DNA of 16,554 nucleotides from NCBI GenBank assembly GCA_963749655.1, contig CAVVOB010000010.1:1-16554 (forward strand). Direction: 5' to 3'. The stretch is from Nitrospirota bacterium (GTDB taxonomy: Bacteria; Nitrospirota; UBA9217). The notes under the pieces are model-generated. The model was not told the DNA's origin and searched no databases. It saw only the letters and a list, made by a program, of their open reading frames with translations. Positions 8,320 through 16,554 of the stretch are shown here, one piece after another. Each line of letters begins with the position of its first letter. Within the stretch, counting starts at the first letter, position 1. The position numbers were made by a program, and so were the translations under genes.

Positions 8320-9000
8320 TTATCCAGCTCCGGCTCTGTCCGTGTCCCTGAAGAGCACATAAGATACCAGCAGCGCAGTCAGGTAGACGACTCCGGCGGA
8401 CCACAGCACATCGCTCGGGAAGTGCCCCCCCTGGATCATTCGCGCCAGCCCCATGAGCGCACCGTAGGCAAGACCGAGCGCGAGGCAGACCAGCGCCCGC
8501 CGCGCGGAAGAGCGGCGCAGGACAAAATAAGGAGCAACGAGATAAAACGCGATAGCGGCATGTCCCGAAGGGAAGGACTTTCCCTTGCCCGGAATGCCTG
8601 TCTGCCATACCTGCAGATACTTTTGGTCCCCTCCCAGGGACTCCACCTGCCGCGGACGGGGACGGCCCCAACTGTCCTTGAGCGCGCTGGTCACCAGACC
8701 CGGCCCCAACGCGAGGAGAAGGATGAAGAAAAGGGCGCCTTTCCGATAGAGTGCGGCACGCTTCCAGACAAAACCGGCAAGAAGCACGGCTGAAGCCAGG
8801 GCTCCCAGCGCCAAACCCGGCACCATGCCGTACTTGTAGAGCGCCTGCCAGGGGCCGTCGTTCCCATGGACCCATCCCAGGCCGGGCTGGTAGAACAAAC
8901 GCTCGATCCTCATGTCGGTATCGGTAACTGCGAAAAGAACAGTAGCCGACACCAGCAGGAGCACGGGGATGAGGAAGTCAAACAGTATGCGTTTATTCAT
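8320..9000 (-). CDS. PAP2-family membrane phosphatase
   Basis: The three PAP2 motifs are present: KDSWGRPRP, SFPSGH and ARMIQGGHFPSD. The start could be 9000 or 9027. Confidence 0.92.
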   Translation of the reverse strand: MNKRILFDFLIPVLLLVSATVLFAVTDTDMRIERLFYQPGLGWVHGNDGPWQALYKYGMVPGLALGALASAVLLAGFVWKRAALYRKGALFFILLLALGPGLVTSALKDSWGRPRPRQVESLGGDQKYLQVWQTGIPGKGKSFPSGHAAIAFYLVAPYFVLRRSSARRALVCLALGLAYGALMGLARMIQGGHFPSDVLWSAGVVYLTALLVSYVLFRDTDRAGAG

Positions 9001-9062
9001 AGGAGTAACTCTCGGGGTACGGCGCATCCACGGCTGATGGAATCGTGATGCATCAAAAAATA

Positions 9063-9134
9063 TGCCGCCGAGGCGCAGAGACGCTGGGATAAAGATCGTC
9101 TGCTTTTCTCTGCACCCTCTGCGGCTCTGCGGCA
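9063..9134. repeat. Palindrome with 8-9-nt CGCAGAG/CTCTGCG units downstream of the kinase gene
   Basis: Left arm TGCCGCCGAGGCGCAGAGACGCTGGGA. Reverse complement of the right arm is TGCCGCAGAGCCGCAGAGGGTGCAGAGA. Confidence 0.7.
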
Positions 9135-9223
9135 GAAACCGACTTTTTCGAATACGCCGCGGCCGGCGCTTTCGTGAAAAACCGTCTCACTCCACCGACC
9201 GGAGTCGCGCGAAGAACGTTCTG

Positions 9224-11407
9224 CTACTGGCTCCGGGCCTCGGTCCTCGTCACAGCAACGGGAAGCTCTATGATGAAACGTGCGCCCCGGGGCGTATTCT
9301 GTTCGACACTGATTGTTCCGCTATGGTCCTTGATGATCCTCAGCACGATCGCGAGCCCGAGGCCGCTCTTCGTTTTCTTGCGCGAAAAATCTGGTTGAAA
9401 CAGCTTCGGGAGGTCCTCCGCGGCGATTCCCGATCCCTCGTCGGAGATCGTAATTTGCGCCATGCCCGACGGGGACATCCGTGCCGACATCCAGATCCGG
9501 CCCTTTCCTCCCATCGCTTCGACTGCATTCTCGAATAGGTTGATGAAGACGCGTTTCATCTGCTCGCCGTCCATCAGCACATCGGGCAGGGAGGCAACGT
9601 CCTTCACTACGGAAATGTCCTTGTGCGCCCCGCTGTAAAGCTGGGCCACGCTCTCCAGGACCGGAGCGAGGGGCTGCGCCAAGGGGCTCGACCCCGGCAT
9701 CCGCGCGAAATTCGCAAACTCGTCCACGAGTTTTCGCAGCCCGTCTGCCTCCTGGATGATCGTTCTGCTGCATTCGTCGAAGACGGCGTCGAAATCCGGT
9801 GCTGCCTCGGCATGCTTCTTTCTCAACCGTTCCGCGGACAGCTTGATCGGCGTCAAAGGGTTCTTGAACTCGTGCGCGATTCTGCGGGCAACATCCTGCC
9901 ACGTCTCCGCCTTCTTCGCCCGCAGGAGCTCCGTCAGATCGTCGAAGGTAATGACCGAACCGATTATGGATCCGCTCCCGTCGCGCAGCGTGGTGATGCG
10001 CACCCGGAGGGTCAGGTTGCGGCCCCGGACCTGGAGCGACAGTTCCTCTTCCGTTCTGCCGGTGCCGTGCTCGAGCTTTCGGAACAGGCTGCGGATCGGA
10101 TTCAGTTCGAGGAACCCGAAAGCTTCGTCGTACCGCTTGCCCAGCACGTCATGGTCCTCGATCCCCAGGATATCGGCGGCCGACTGGTTCACCGTCGTGA
10201 TCCTGCCGCTGCGGTCGATGGACACCACTCCGGTTTCGATGTTCGAGAGGATCGTCTTTTTATAGGTGATCTCCTGTTCGAGCTGATCTCTCGAACTCTT
10301 GAGCTCGCTCGTCATCCTGTTGAAGGAATCGACGAGAACGCCGACTTCGTCGCCGGTCTTTTCGTCGATGCGGTAGTCGAACCTCCCCGCCGCCACGGCC
10401 GCCGTGCCTTCCGCCAGTTTCCTGATCGGAACCGTAATGCCCGCCGCGACGCGCAGGGCGACCCAGATCGCGGCAAGGAGCAATGCGAGGGTCACGGCAA
10501 GGAAACCACGACGGTATGCGCGCTTGATCGGCTCCTTGGTCTTGAAGGCCGACCGGTACTGGGCATATCCTTCACGGATCTCGTCTGCCTTCGCCGCCAG
10601 GTTCGGCGGGACGTAGTAGCTCACGGCGATCGCACCGACCACGCGGTCACCCTCGCGGGGATCGTGGAGCGGCACCGCGATGCGGACGATGTCGCCTTTT
10701 CTTGCCGCTCCGCTGAGATCGGACGCTTCCTTCGCCTCGAATGCCCGGGCCGCCAGCTCAGCCGGCGTCTGGATGAACGTCTTCGGAGGATATTGATCGG
10801 TCACGACGACCACGGCGCGCTTGTTCGGCGCGGTAAACAATTCGATGGAGCCAAGCCCGTATTCGTTCGCCTTCCTGAGAAGGTAGTCCCGAAGCAGGTC
10901 GTTCTCGAACCGCGACAGAAGCTGGTCTTCGGCCATCTGCCTGCTGATCTGCCTTCCGAAGATCAGGGCGTCCTTCCGGAGCCGGTCGTAGTATTCCTGG
11001 GTGAGCGATACGGAGTCCTTCAGGGAATTTTCAATGCGCAGACTGAACAGCCGCTCGATGCTGCTGGTGAACATCCCGCTTCCGATGAAATACAGCAGGA
11101 TGGGCGGTATGAACGAGAGGCTCACAAAGGCGACAATCAGTTTCGTCCTGAACTTCGCCCCGAGAACGCCGTGCTTCCGCTCGACCCAAAGCTTCCAGAG
11201 ACTTTTGGCGATCATGAAGATCACGGCCGTGAGGAGGAGAAAATTGGCGTTGATGAGGATGAAGATGAGGATGTTGTCGGAGAGCGGCCCTTCGAAACCC
11301 CGGTACTTGAGTTGGAGGAGAATTGCAACCGATGTCAGGGCAAGAAAACCGAAGAGGTAGATCACGCCTTTCCACCCTGAATGCCCCTCTTTACCGTCTG
11401 TTGCCAT
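9224..11407 (-). CDS. NtrY-like membrane sensor histidine kinase (TM, periplasmic, HAMP, PAS, HisKA, HATPase)
   Basis: GAKFRTKL motif, HAMP (ITVPIRKLAEGT...DEVGVLVDSFNRM), PAS (ILSNIETGVVSID), H-box WQDVARRIAHEFKNPLTPIKLSAERL, N-box NLFENAVEA, G1 DEGSGI and G2 SGLGLAI. Start at MATDG (11407). Confidence 0.9.
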   Translation of the reverse strand: MATDGKEGHSGWKGVIYLFGFLALTSVAILLQLKYRGFEGPLSDNILIFILINANFLLLTAVIFMIAKSLWKLWVERKHGVLGAKFRTKLIVAFVSLSFIPPILLYFIGSGMFTSSIERLFSLRIENSLKDSVSLTQEYYDRLRKDALIFGRQISRQMAEDQLLSRFENDLLRDYLLRKANEYGLGSIELFTAPNKRAVVVVTDQYPPKTFIQTPAELAARAFEAKEASDLSGAARKGDIVRIAVPLHDPREGDRVVGAIAVSYYVPPNLAAKADEIREGYAQYRSAFKTKEPIKRAYRRGFLAVTLALLLAAIWVALRVAAGITVPIRKLAEGTAAVAAGRFDYRIDEKTGDEVGVLVDSFNRMTSELKSSRDQLEQEITYKKTILSNIETGVVSIDRSGRITTVNQSAADILGIEDHDVLGKRYDEAFGFLELNPIRSLFRKLEHGTGRTEEELSLQVRGRNLTLRVRITTLRDGSGSIIGSVITFDDLTELLRAKKAETWQDVARRIAHEFKNPLTPIKLSAERLRKKHAEAAPDFDAVFDECSRTIIQEADGLRKLVDEFANFARMPGSSPLAQPLAPVLESVAQLYSGAHKDISVVKDVASLPDVLMDGEQMKRVFINLFENAVEAMGGKGRIWMSARMSPSGMAQITISDEGSGIAAEDLPKLFQPDFSRKKTKSGLGLAIVLRIIKDHSGTISVEQNTPRGARFIIELPVAVTRTEARSQ

Positions 11408-11416
11408 GATGGCGGC

Positions 11417-11445
11417 AGAATACCAAAAATGCCCTGCAAAAGCAA
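11417..11445 (-). promoter_or_regulatory. Putative sigma70 promoter of the kinase
   Basis: TTGCTT-17nt-TATTCT with extended TG. The -10 box ends 9 nt before the ATG. Confidence 0.55.
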
Positions 11446-11476
11446 GGCTTGCTTTCGGCATATTCTATTTATTCTC

Positions 11477-11506
11477 TTGACAAACAAGAGGTTTCTCGTA
11501 TATCTT
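11477..11506 (+). promoter_or_regulatory. Putative sigma70 promoter of the lipoprotein-LysM operon
   Basis: Perfect TTGACA (11477-11482), 18-nt spacer, TATCTT (11501-11506). Confidence 0.55.
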
Positions 11507-11609
11507 AAGACAAAAAGCCCCACTGTTTGTCACGAGGATAAATGCATGTCGCCGCTTGGCAAGGGGGGGAAAAGACAATTCGCAGGCCGCGAAGGGGGAT
11601 CGCTGCAGA

Positions 11610-11987
11610 ATGCGTTCCGACATACGTTTTTTCGGTTTCCTTCCGATCCTGGTGGTCCTCACTATGTGTTCACCGGTTCACCCCCCCCAGCCCCGGCCCG
11701 ACCCCGTACACGAACAAATCACCATCCTGCAAAAACAGCTCCTCGAGCTTCAGATCCAACAGAAGGAAACGGAGACAAAGCTCGATGAATCAAAAAGCGC
11801 CCTGGAAGCGCTTTCAGCAAAGATCAGGAACGTCGAAGAGAAGCAGACGGTTCTGAGCCAGAAGCAAGCCGGAGCAGGAACAATCAAAGCGGAGACAACG
11901 AAAGTAACCCGGAAAAAAGCCGCGCCGCCGCAAAAGAAAAAAACCTCGGCAAAGAAAAAAAAGAAGCAGCCCAGGAGGCAGGAATGA
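11610..11987 (+). CDS. Putative lipoprotein with coiled coil and Lys-rich tail
   Basis: AGGGGGA upstream of ATG 11610. Hydrophobic signal ending VVLTM-C, a Pro linker, a heptad region (ITILQKQLLELQ...LSAKIRNVE) and a basic tail. Its stop overlaps the next start (ATGA). Confidence 0.7.
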   Translation: MRSDIRFFGFLPILVVLTMCSPVHPPQPRPDPVHEQITILQKQLLELQIQQKETETKLDESKSALEALSAKIRNVEEKQTVLSQKQAGAGTIKAETTKVTRKKAAPPQKKKTSAKKKKKQPRRQE

Positions 11988-13318
11988 CCAGTAAGCTGAA
12001 TACGCTCGTCCACGCAGCATGCATATGTTTGCTCCTCGTGCTCGTTCCCGGACCGGCCTCTCCGCAGGATCAAAAAGAGGCCCCGCCGCAGCAGCCCGAG
12101 AAAGCTGTTGCTGAACCGGCTCAGCAGTCCGGAAAAGCGGCCTCTGAACCGACACAGAGCGCCGGTTCGCTGATCAGCCCCGCGGAACAAGCTGCGCCCC
12201 AAGAGGCAGCGCCTGCCAAGGCAGAGGCCCCTGCCCCTGCTTCTCCGGAGACTGCGGCAGCACCCCCTGCTGGTGAAGGGGGCGGCGAATATACGATCAA
12301 GCAGGGCGACACGCTCTGGGACATTTCAAACACCTTTTTTAAAGACCCGTTCCTCTGGCCTTTCATCTGGAAGGCCAACCCCTCCATTACGAATCCGGAC
12401 CTCATTTACGCCGGGGGCACGCTGATGATCCCCAATCTTGCGCCGGTGGAGCGGGCAATGCAGGAGCCGGCCAAGGAAGAAAAAGCGCAGCCGGCGCCGG
12501 TGGAAAAAGCAGTTCAGGAAGCGGCCCCAGTCGAACCCAAGCCCTCGTCGGAGGGCATAGCAGCGGCCCATGTCACGAGGCCGAAGCAAGTCCAGCAGGC
12601 CCCTGCGGAAGAAACGGCCCCCGCAGGACGTCTCATCGCTCCCGAAGAACAGATCCTGCCGATCATCGACAAGTATTCCATGTTGAGCGCGGGCTTCGTG
12701 AACATGGAGCAGTTTAACGGCACTGTAGTCGGGTGCGCTGTAACCGATAAGTCTATATTTGCCTATGATGACACGGTTTATGTTAAGATCCAGCCGCGGG
12801 AAAACATAAAAGCCGGGGACAAGTACCTCATTTTTACGACCCTGGGCAAAGTGAAGCATCCCGTGACGGGCAAACGCTACGGTCGTCTGATCCGCGGGCT
12901 GGGTGTTCTCGAAATTACCGACAACGATCCCACCGTCGATGTGTTGACGGCGCGCATCACGCTCTCTTTTGACGCGATCGAGGTGGGAGCCCAGCTTGCC
13001 CCTTATCAGGAGCCGTCGCTCATCTATCCCTCATCTCAAAAAGCGGCCAAGGACATCTCGGGATACATCCTGGAGGTGGTCGACGCGCGCACGATCAATG
13101 CTGATCTCGACGTCGTCTATCTGGATAAGGGAAGCCAGGACGGCGTAGACCGCGGCGACAAATTCGTTGTGTTTGCTGAGCCGGATAAGCGGGGTTTCCC
13201 GCGAAGAAAGATCGGCGAGGTGCAGGTGTTCCTGGTAAGAGAGCATACATCCACGGCCGTTGTTTCAAAGAGCCTTCATACCCTCACCACGGGTGATGCG
13301 TTTGATTTCAAGAAGTAG
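11984..13318 (+). CDS. LysM peptidoglycan-binding domain protein
   Basis: Signal peptide, Ala/Pro/Glu linker, LysM (YTIKQGDTLWDIS..F..DPFLWPFIWKANPSITNPDLIYAG), then HPVTG and VYLDKG..DGV..GD motifs. SD AGGAGG. Confidence 0.93.
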   Translation: MTSKLNTLVHAACICLLLVLVPGPASPQDQKEAPPQQPEKAVAEPAQQSGKAASEPTQSAGSLISPAEQAAPQEAAPAKAEAPAPASPETAAAPPAGEGGGEYTIKQGDTLWDISNTFFKDPFLWPFIWKANPSITNPDLIYAGGTLMIPNLAPVERAMQEPAKEEKAQPAPVEKAVQEAAPVEPKPSSEGIAAAHVTRPKQVQQAPAEETAPAGRLIAPEEQILPIIDKYSMLSAGFVNMEQFNGTVVGCAVTDKSIFAYDDTVYVKIQPRENIKAGDKYLIFTTLGKVKHPVTGKRYGRLIRGLGVLEITDNDPTVDVLTARITLSFDAIEVGAQLAPYQEPSLIYPSSQKAAKDISGYILEVVDARTINADLDVVYLDKGSQDGVDRGDKFVVFAEPDKRGFPRRKIGEVQVFLVREHTSTAVVSKSLHTLTTGDAFDFKK

Positions 13319-13328
13319 ACTCCTCCCT

Positions 13329-14390
13329 TCACTTGCGGCGCAGGCGCGTGTCCATCGCGATGCGCTGCAGTGAAGTCTCGTCCAATCGCTTTAGACCCGA
13401 TATGGATAGGTTGATCGCCGCGCCGCCGGCATCTTCCGACAGCACGATGAGTGCAGCCTCATCATATTTCCTTTTTCCCCGGGTTATGTAGCCCCTGAGG
13501 CCGTTGTTCCGGACATCGAAGATCTGTACGTCGTCCATCCCTTCCAGGACGAAGTCCTTCAAAAGGAGCGGGATGACTCCGATGCGCGCGGTATAAGCCT
13601 GATCAAGTATGCCGGCGCGGCTTCCCATTCCCGTGGCCAGCAAGAATATACCCCTTCCCGTGCCTTCCTTCCGGGTTTCAACTTCCGCCCTGATCAGCGT
13701 CTGTCCGGCATTGTCCACGAATTCAGCCTGTGCGTCCCCGGTTCTCCCCGGCAGGAAACGATCCGGCAGGAGGATATCGAAATCCCCGACAGCGTACACT
13801 CTCGTCCCCGGCCGGGCCGCATCCTTCTTCGTTTCATCGTTCGCCTCAGGCAACTGCTGCGGATGCACCCTGATAAGGGGCTGACTCGCATACAGATAGA
13901 TATGGACGCCAGCGGCCGCGATGAAGATGAAGAGGGCGATCAGCAGCAGCGACTTCCAGTCTGCGTGCCTTTGTTCCCGAATGACCGCATGGGGCGCCCG
14001 CCTCGCGAACTCTTCCAGCAGGCGGGCCTTGTCCCGCACAGGCAGGGCCGAGGCAAGGGAAAGGCTTGCGAACCGGCCCGCCTTCACGGTGACTCGCAGG
14101 AGACCGGACGTCTCGCGCACGTTCAGCCGCTGCATGCGTAAGTAAGGGATGTCCTTACCCAGCGGCTTGATCACCGCTTGCCGCTCATCATCGAAGGCAA
14201 AGCCGTCGAAGCGATCCACCACGACGGCAACCGGAGGCAGCGCTATCAGAGAAAGCACGAGCAGGCTCAGATACAGGTGCGGCCATGCGGCTCCCATGAG
14301 GCTTGCCGACACGAGCGGTCCCGTGACCAGCACGTACAGAAAAACGTTTCTCAGAAAAAGAAGCCCGCTCCCTTTGAATTGACGCTCCAT
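13329..14390 (-). CDS. Hypothetical membrane protein (about three TM helices plus C-terminal extracytoplasmic domain)
   Basis: Long ORF with coherent TM segments. It converges on the LysM gene with a 10-nt gap. The start could be 14390 or 14423. Confidence 0.7.
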   Translation of the reverse strand: MERQFKGSGLLFLRNVFLYVLVTGPLVSASLMGAAWPHLYLSLLVLSLIALPPVAVVVDRFDGFAFDDERQAVIKPLGKDIPYLRMQRLNVRETSGLLRVTVKAGRFASLSLASALPVRDKARLLEEFARRAPHAVIREQRHADWKSLLLIALFIFIAAAGVHIYLYASQPLIRVHPQQLPEANDETKKDAARPGTRVYAVGDFDILLPDRFLPGRTGDAQAEFVDNAGQTLIRAEVETRKEGTGRGIFLLATGMGSRAGILDQAYTARIGVIPLLLKDFVLEGMDDVQIFDVRNNGLRGYITRGKRKYDEAALIVLSEDAGGAAINLSISGLKRLDETSLQRIAMDTRLRRK

Positions 14391-14480
14391 GTCATTTCCC
14401 GTTCCGCCAAGGACCCGCCGCATCAGCCGCTTGGTGCAGTTCGGCTCCCTGGAAGAACCGTGGGGCCGTTCCTTCCTTCG

Positions 14481-15017
14481 CTATTTCATGAAGAGGAAGA
14501 ACCCGTTGAAAAAATAGAGAAGACCCAGACATCCGCCCGCCATGCCGATGAACCAGAACAGCTTCCTCTTCATCAACGCTGCGATGGAGGAAAGCAGGAT
14601 AGCGATCTGCAGGAACATGGCCGCCAGGCCGAAAGCGGCCGAATGAATCTTCGCATCGTCACGCTCCTTCTCCAGCGCTTCCGCCTTTTTCCGGATGTCC
14701 TCTTTTTCCTTCTCGTACCGGTCGATCTTTTCCTTGTACGCGGCGATCTTCTGCTGATACTCCGCTGTCAGCGACCGGGACGACCCCTTTGCCGCCTTCA
14801 GGTCCATCTCGAACTTCTCCTTCTGAAGATCGTAGACATAGCCCTTGATGCTCTTGGACTGGAAATAGGCCCACTGGTCCGAGGCCTGCGCCTGGGACAT
14901 GACCGACCGGGTGGAGTACCCGCCTCCCTTGAGCGTCGAGAGCGTGGCGCACACCGCAAAGATCACCGTGGTGAGCGCAAGATAGTTGAGCCAGGGTTCC
15001 TTCTTTTCTTCTGCCAT
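14481..15017 (-). CDS. DUF4337-like membrane protein
   Basis: ALTTVIFAVCATLS, ASDQWAYFQSKSIK, a coiled coil and LQIAILLSSIAAL. SD GGGAGG before ATG 15017. The longer 561-aa call is antisense to ald. Confidence 0.85.
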   Translation of the reverse strand: MAEEKKEPWLNYLALTTVIFAVCATLSTLKGGGYSTRSVMSQAQASDQWAYFQSKSIKGYVYDLQKEKFEMDLKAAKGSSRSLTAEYQQKIAAYKEKIDRYEKEKEDIRKKAEALEKERDDAKIHSAAFGLAAMFLQIAILLSSIAALMKRKLFWFIGMAGGCLGLLYFFNGFFLFMK

Positions 15018-15053
15018 AGAATGCCTCCCGTAAAATAATAATGCAGACCGAAT

Positions 15054-15082
15054 ATAGTACCGAAAAGCCTGATGCGAGTCAA
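15054..15082 (-). promoter_or_regulatory. Putative sigma70 promoter of the DUF4337-like gene
   Basis: TTGACT-17nt-TACTAT on the minus strand. Confidence 0.65.
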
Positions 15083-15102
15083 CAGGTTCTGTGCCCTGCC
15101 CA

Positions 15103-15131
15103 TTGAACAATGGAGCGACCTCTGCTACGAT
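15103..15131 (+). promoter_or_regulatory. Putative sigma70 promoter of ald
   Basis: TTGAAC-17nt-TACGAT with extended TG. Confidence 0.65.
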
Positions 15132-15167
15132 GTAACCAGGGGCTCGGGTGTCGGAAAGGAGAGCGCG

Positions 15168-16256
15168 ATGATCATCGGCGTACCGAGGGAGATCAAGATC
15201 GAGGAGTTCCGCGTGGGCCTGACGCCGGTCGGTGTGCGGGAACTGGTGCGGGACGGCCATACCGTCGTGGTAGAAGCAAACGCCGGAGCGGGGAGCGGCT
15301 TCATCGATGAGGAGTACCGGAAAGCGGGCTCCGAGATCGCCGACCGCGATGCTGTTTTCAGGAGGGTGGACCTGCTCGTAAAGGTCAAGGAGCCCGTTGC
15401 CGAAGAGCATTCCCTGCTGCGGGAGAGCCTGGCGCTCTTCACCTATCTTCACCTGGCGCCGAACCCGGACCTGACGAAGGTGCTTCTCGCCAGGAAGATC
15501 ACCGGACTCGCTTATGAAACGCTGGAGCGGAACGGCAAGCTCCCCCTCCTTGCCCCCATGAGCGAGGTCGCCGGCAGGATGGCTCCGCTCATGGCTTCGT
15601 TCTATCTCCAGAAGTTCAAGGGAGGATCGGGCGTCCTCCCCACGGGTGTCTCCGGTGTCCGGCCGGGCAAGATCGTCGTCCTCGGCGCGGGAGTCGTGGG
15701 GACCAATGCGGCCCGCGTCGGCCTGGGGCTCGGCATGGAGACCGTCGTGATCAACAAGGACGTCGCCGGGCTGCAGCGGATCGACGAGCTGTTCAAGGGC
15801 CGCGTCCGGACCCTGCCCATGACGGTGCATGCGCTGGAAGAGGAGATTGTCGATGCCGACGTCATCATCGGCGCGGTGCTCGTGCCCGGCGGCAGGACGC
15901 CGGTCCTGATCACCCGGGACATGCTGGGAACCATGAAGAAGGGTTCCGTGATCGTCGATGTGGCGGTGGACCAGGGCGGATGCATCGAGACCACGCGGCC
16001 CACCACGCACGACGACCCCGTGTATATCGTTGACGGCATCGTCCATTACTGCGTTGCCAACATGCCCGGGGCCTATCCCCGCACCTCCACCATCGCACTG
16101 ACGAACGCGACACTGCCTTATATCAAGCTGCTGGCGAACAAAGGAATCGAGCAGGCGCTCGCGCACGATGCGGAGATCAGGAGCGCCCTCAATACCTACC
16201 AGGGCAGGATCACGAACAAAAAACTGGCCGAGTCGCTGGGGTTTACAGCGGCCTGA
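15168..16256 (+). CDS. ald: Alanine dehydrogenase
   Basis: [61 protein letters not shown] and [18 protein letters not shown]. Confidence 0.97.
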   Translation: MIIGVPREIKIEEFRVGLTPVGVRELVRDGHTVVVEANAGAGSGFIDEEYRKAGSEIADRDAVFRRVDLLVKVKEPVAEEHSLLRESLALFTYLHLAPNPDLTKVLLARKITGLAYETLERNGKLPLLAPMSEVAGRMAPLMASFYLQKFKGGSGVLPTGVSGVRPGKIVVLGAGVVGTNAARVGLGLGMETVVINKDVAGLQRIDELFKGRVRTLPMTVHALEEEIVDADVIIGAVLVPGGRTPVLITRDMLGTMKKGSVIVDVAVDQGGCIETTRPTTHDDPVYIVDGIVHYCVANMPGAYPRTSTIALTNATLPYIKLLANKGIEQALAHDAEIRSALNTYQGRITNKKLAESLGFTAA

Positions 16257-16357
16257 TGTCCAAACGCGGTCATGCGTTCAAAAGGCAGGGACCTAACTCG
16301 ACGCAATCAAAAGCGGACACCGATCTTTGAATCGGATTCCATCAAAAAAGGATTTCC

Positions 16358-16458
16358 TCGCACAAAGCCGCCAAGCTCGCAAAGAAAATCCAATAATTTA
16401 CGGAAATAAGCCACTTAATTCTTTCTTTGCGTCTTTGCGTCTTTGCGTCTTTGCGCGA
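16358..16458. repeat. Palindrome with 8-nt tandem units downstream of ald
   Basis: Right arm (CTTTGCGT)x3-CTTTGCGC at 16425-16456. Left arm TCGCACAAAGCCGCCAAGCTCGCAAAGAAA is its degenerate complement. The spacer is AT-rich. Confidence 0.8.
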
Positions 16459-16554
16459 TATTGATTTATAGGACTGCTCTTCCCCGGGTCATGGCTACGA
16501 TACCAGCCTTCAGGACCGGATGGTGCCGCATCCGGAATTTCCATTTCGCATCTG

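Noticed and set aside
9623-11380. 585-aa plus-strand ORF
   Set aside because: Antisense shadow of the histidine kinase with no recognisable motifs.
15018-16166. N-terminal part of the 561-aa minus-strand ORF
   Set aside because: Antisense to ald. The real gene starts at 15017 with its own SD and promoter.
16425-16456. CRISPR array
   Set aside because: These are 8-nt tandem units without spacers, and no cas genes are present.
16467-16554. Possible 3' end of a minus-strand gene at the window edge
   Set aside because: Too short to fix the frame or product.

Overview
The window looks like two unrelated pieces of DNA joined near position 1030. Bases 1-24 resemble an Oxford Nanopore adapter remnant. 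Bases 25-996 are the 3' two-fifths or so of a very GC-rich pnp gene that reads as betaproteobacterial. From about 1035 onward the sequence is moderate-GC and reads like Nitrospirota or Desulfobacterota (inferred from gene style, not tested). Its most interesting part is a minus-strand two-gene unit behind a 570-nt, largely AT-rich intergenic region. The first gene is a secreted tetraheme cytochrome c with the motif skeleton of the Geobacter nanowire cytochrome OmcE. The second is a large secreted NHL-propeller/BACON/FG-GAP protein whose 3' end is cut at the junction. The rest is mostly envelope and housekeeping genes: a small membrane protein, an 8-oxoguanine glycosylase with two single-base frameshifts, a rhodanese, an LPG-synthase-TM/flippase-like protein, a PAP2 phosphatase, an NtrY-like kinase without NtrX, a coiled-coil lipoprotein plus LysM protein, a hypothetical membrane protein, a DUF4337-like protein and ald. 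Several intergenic gaps carry imperfect palindromes whose arms are made of 7-9-nt tandem units. No rRNA, tRNA, CRISPR array or transposase was seen. All family assignments come from motif recognition and recall, not database searches.
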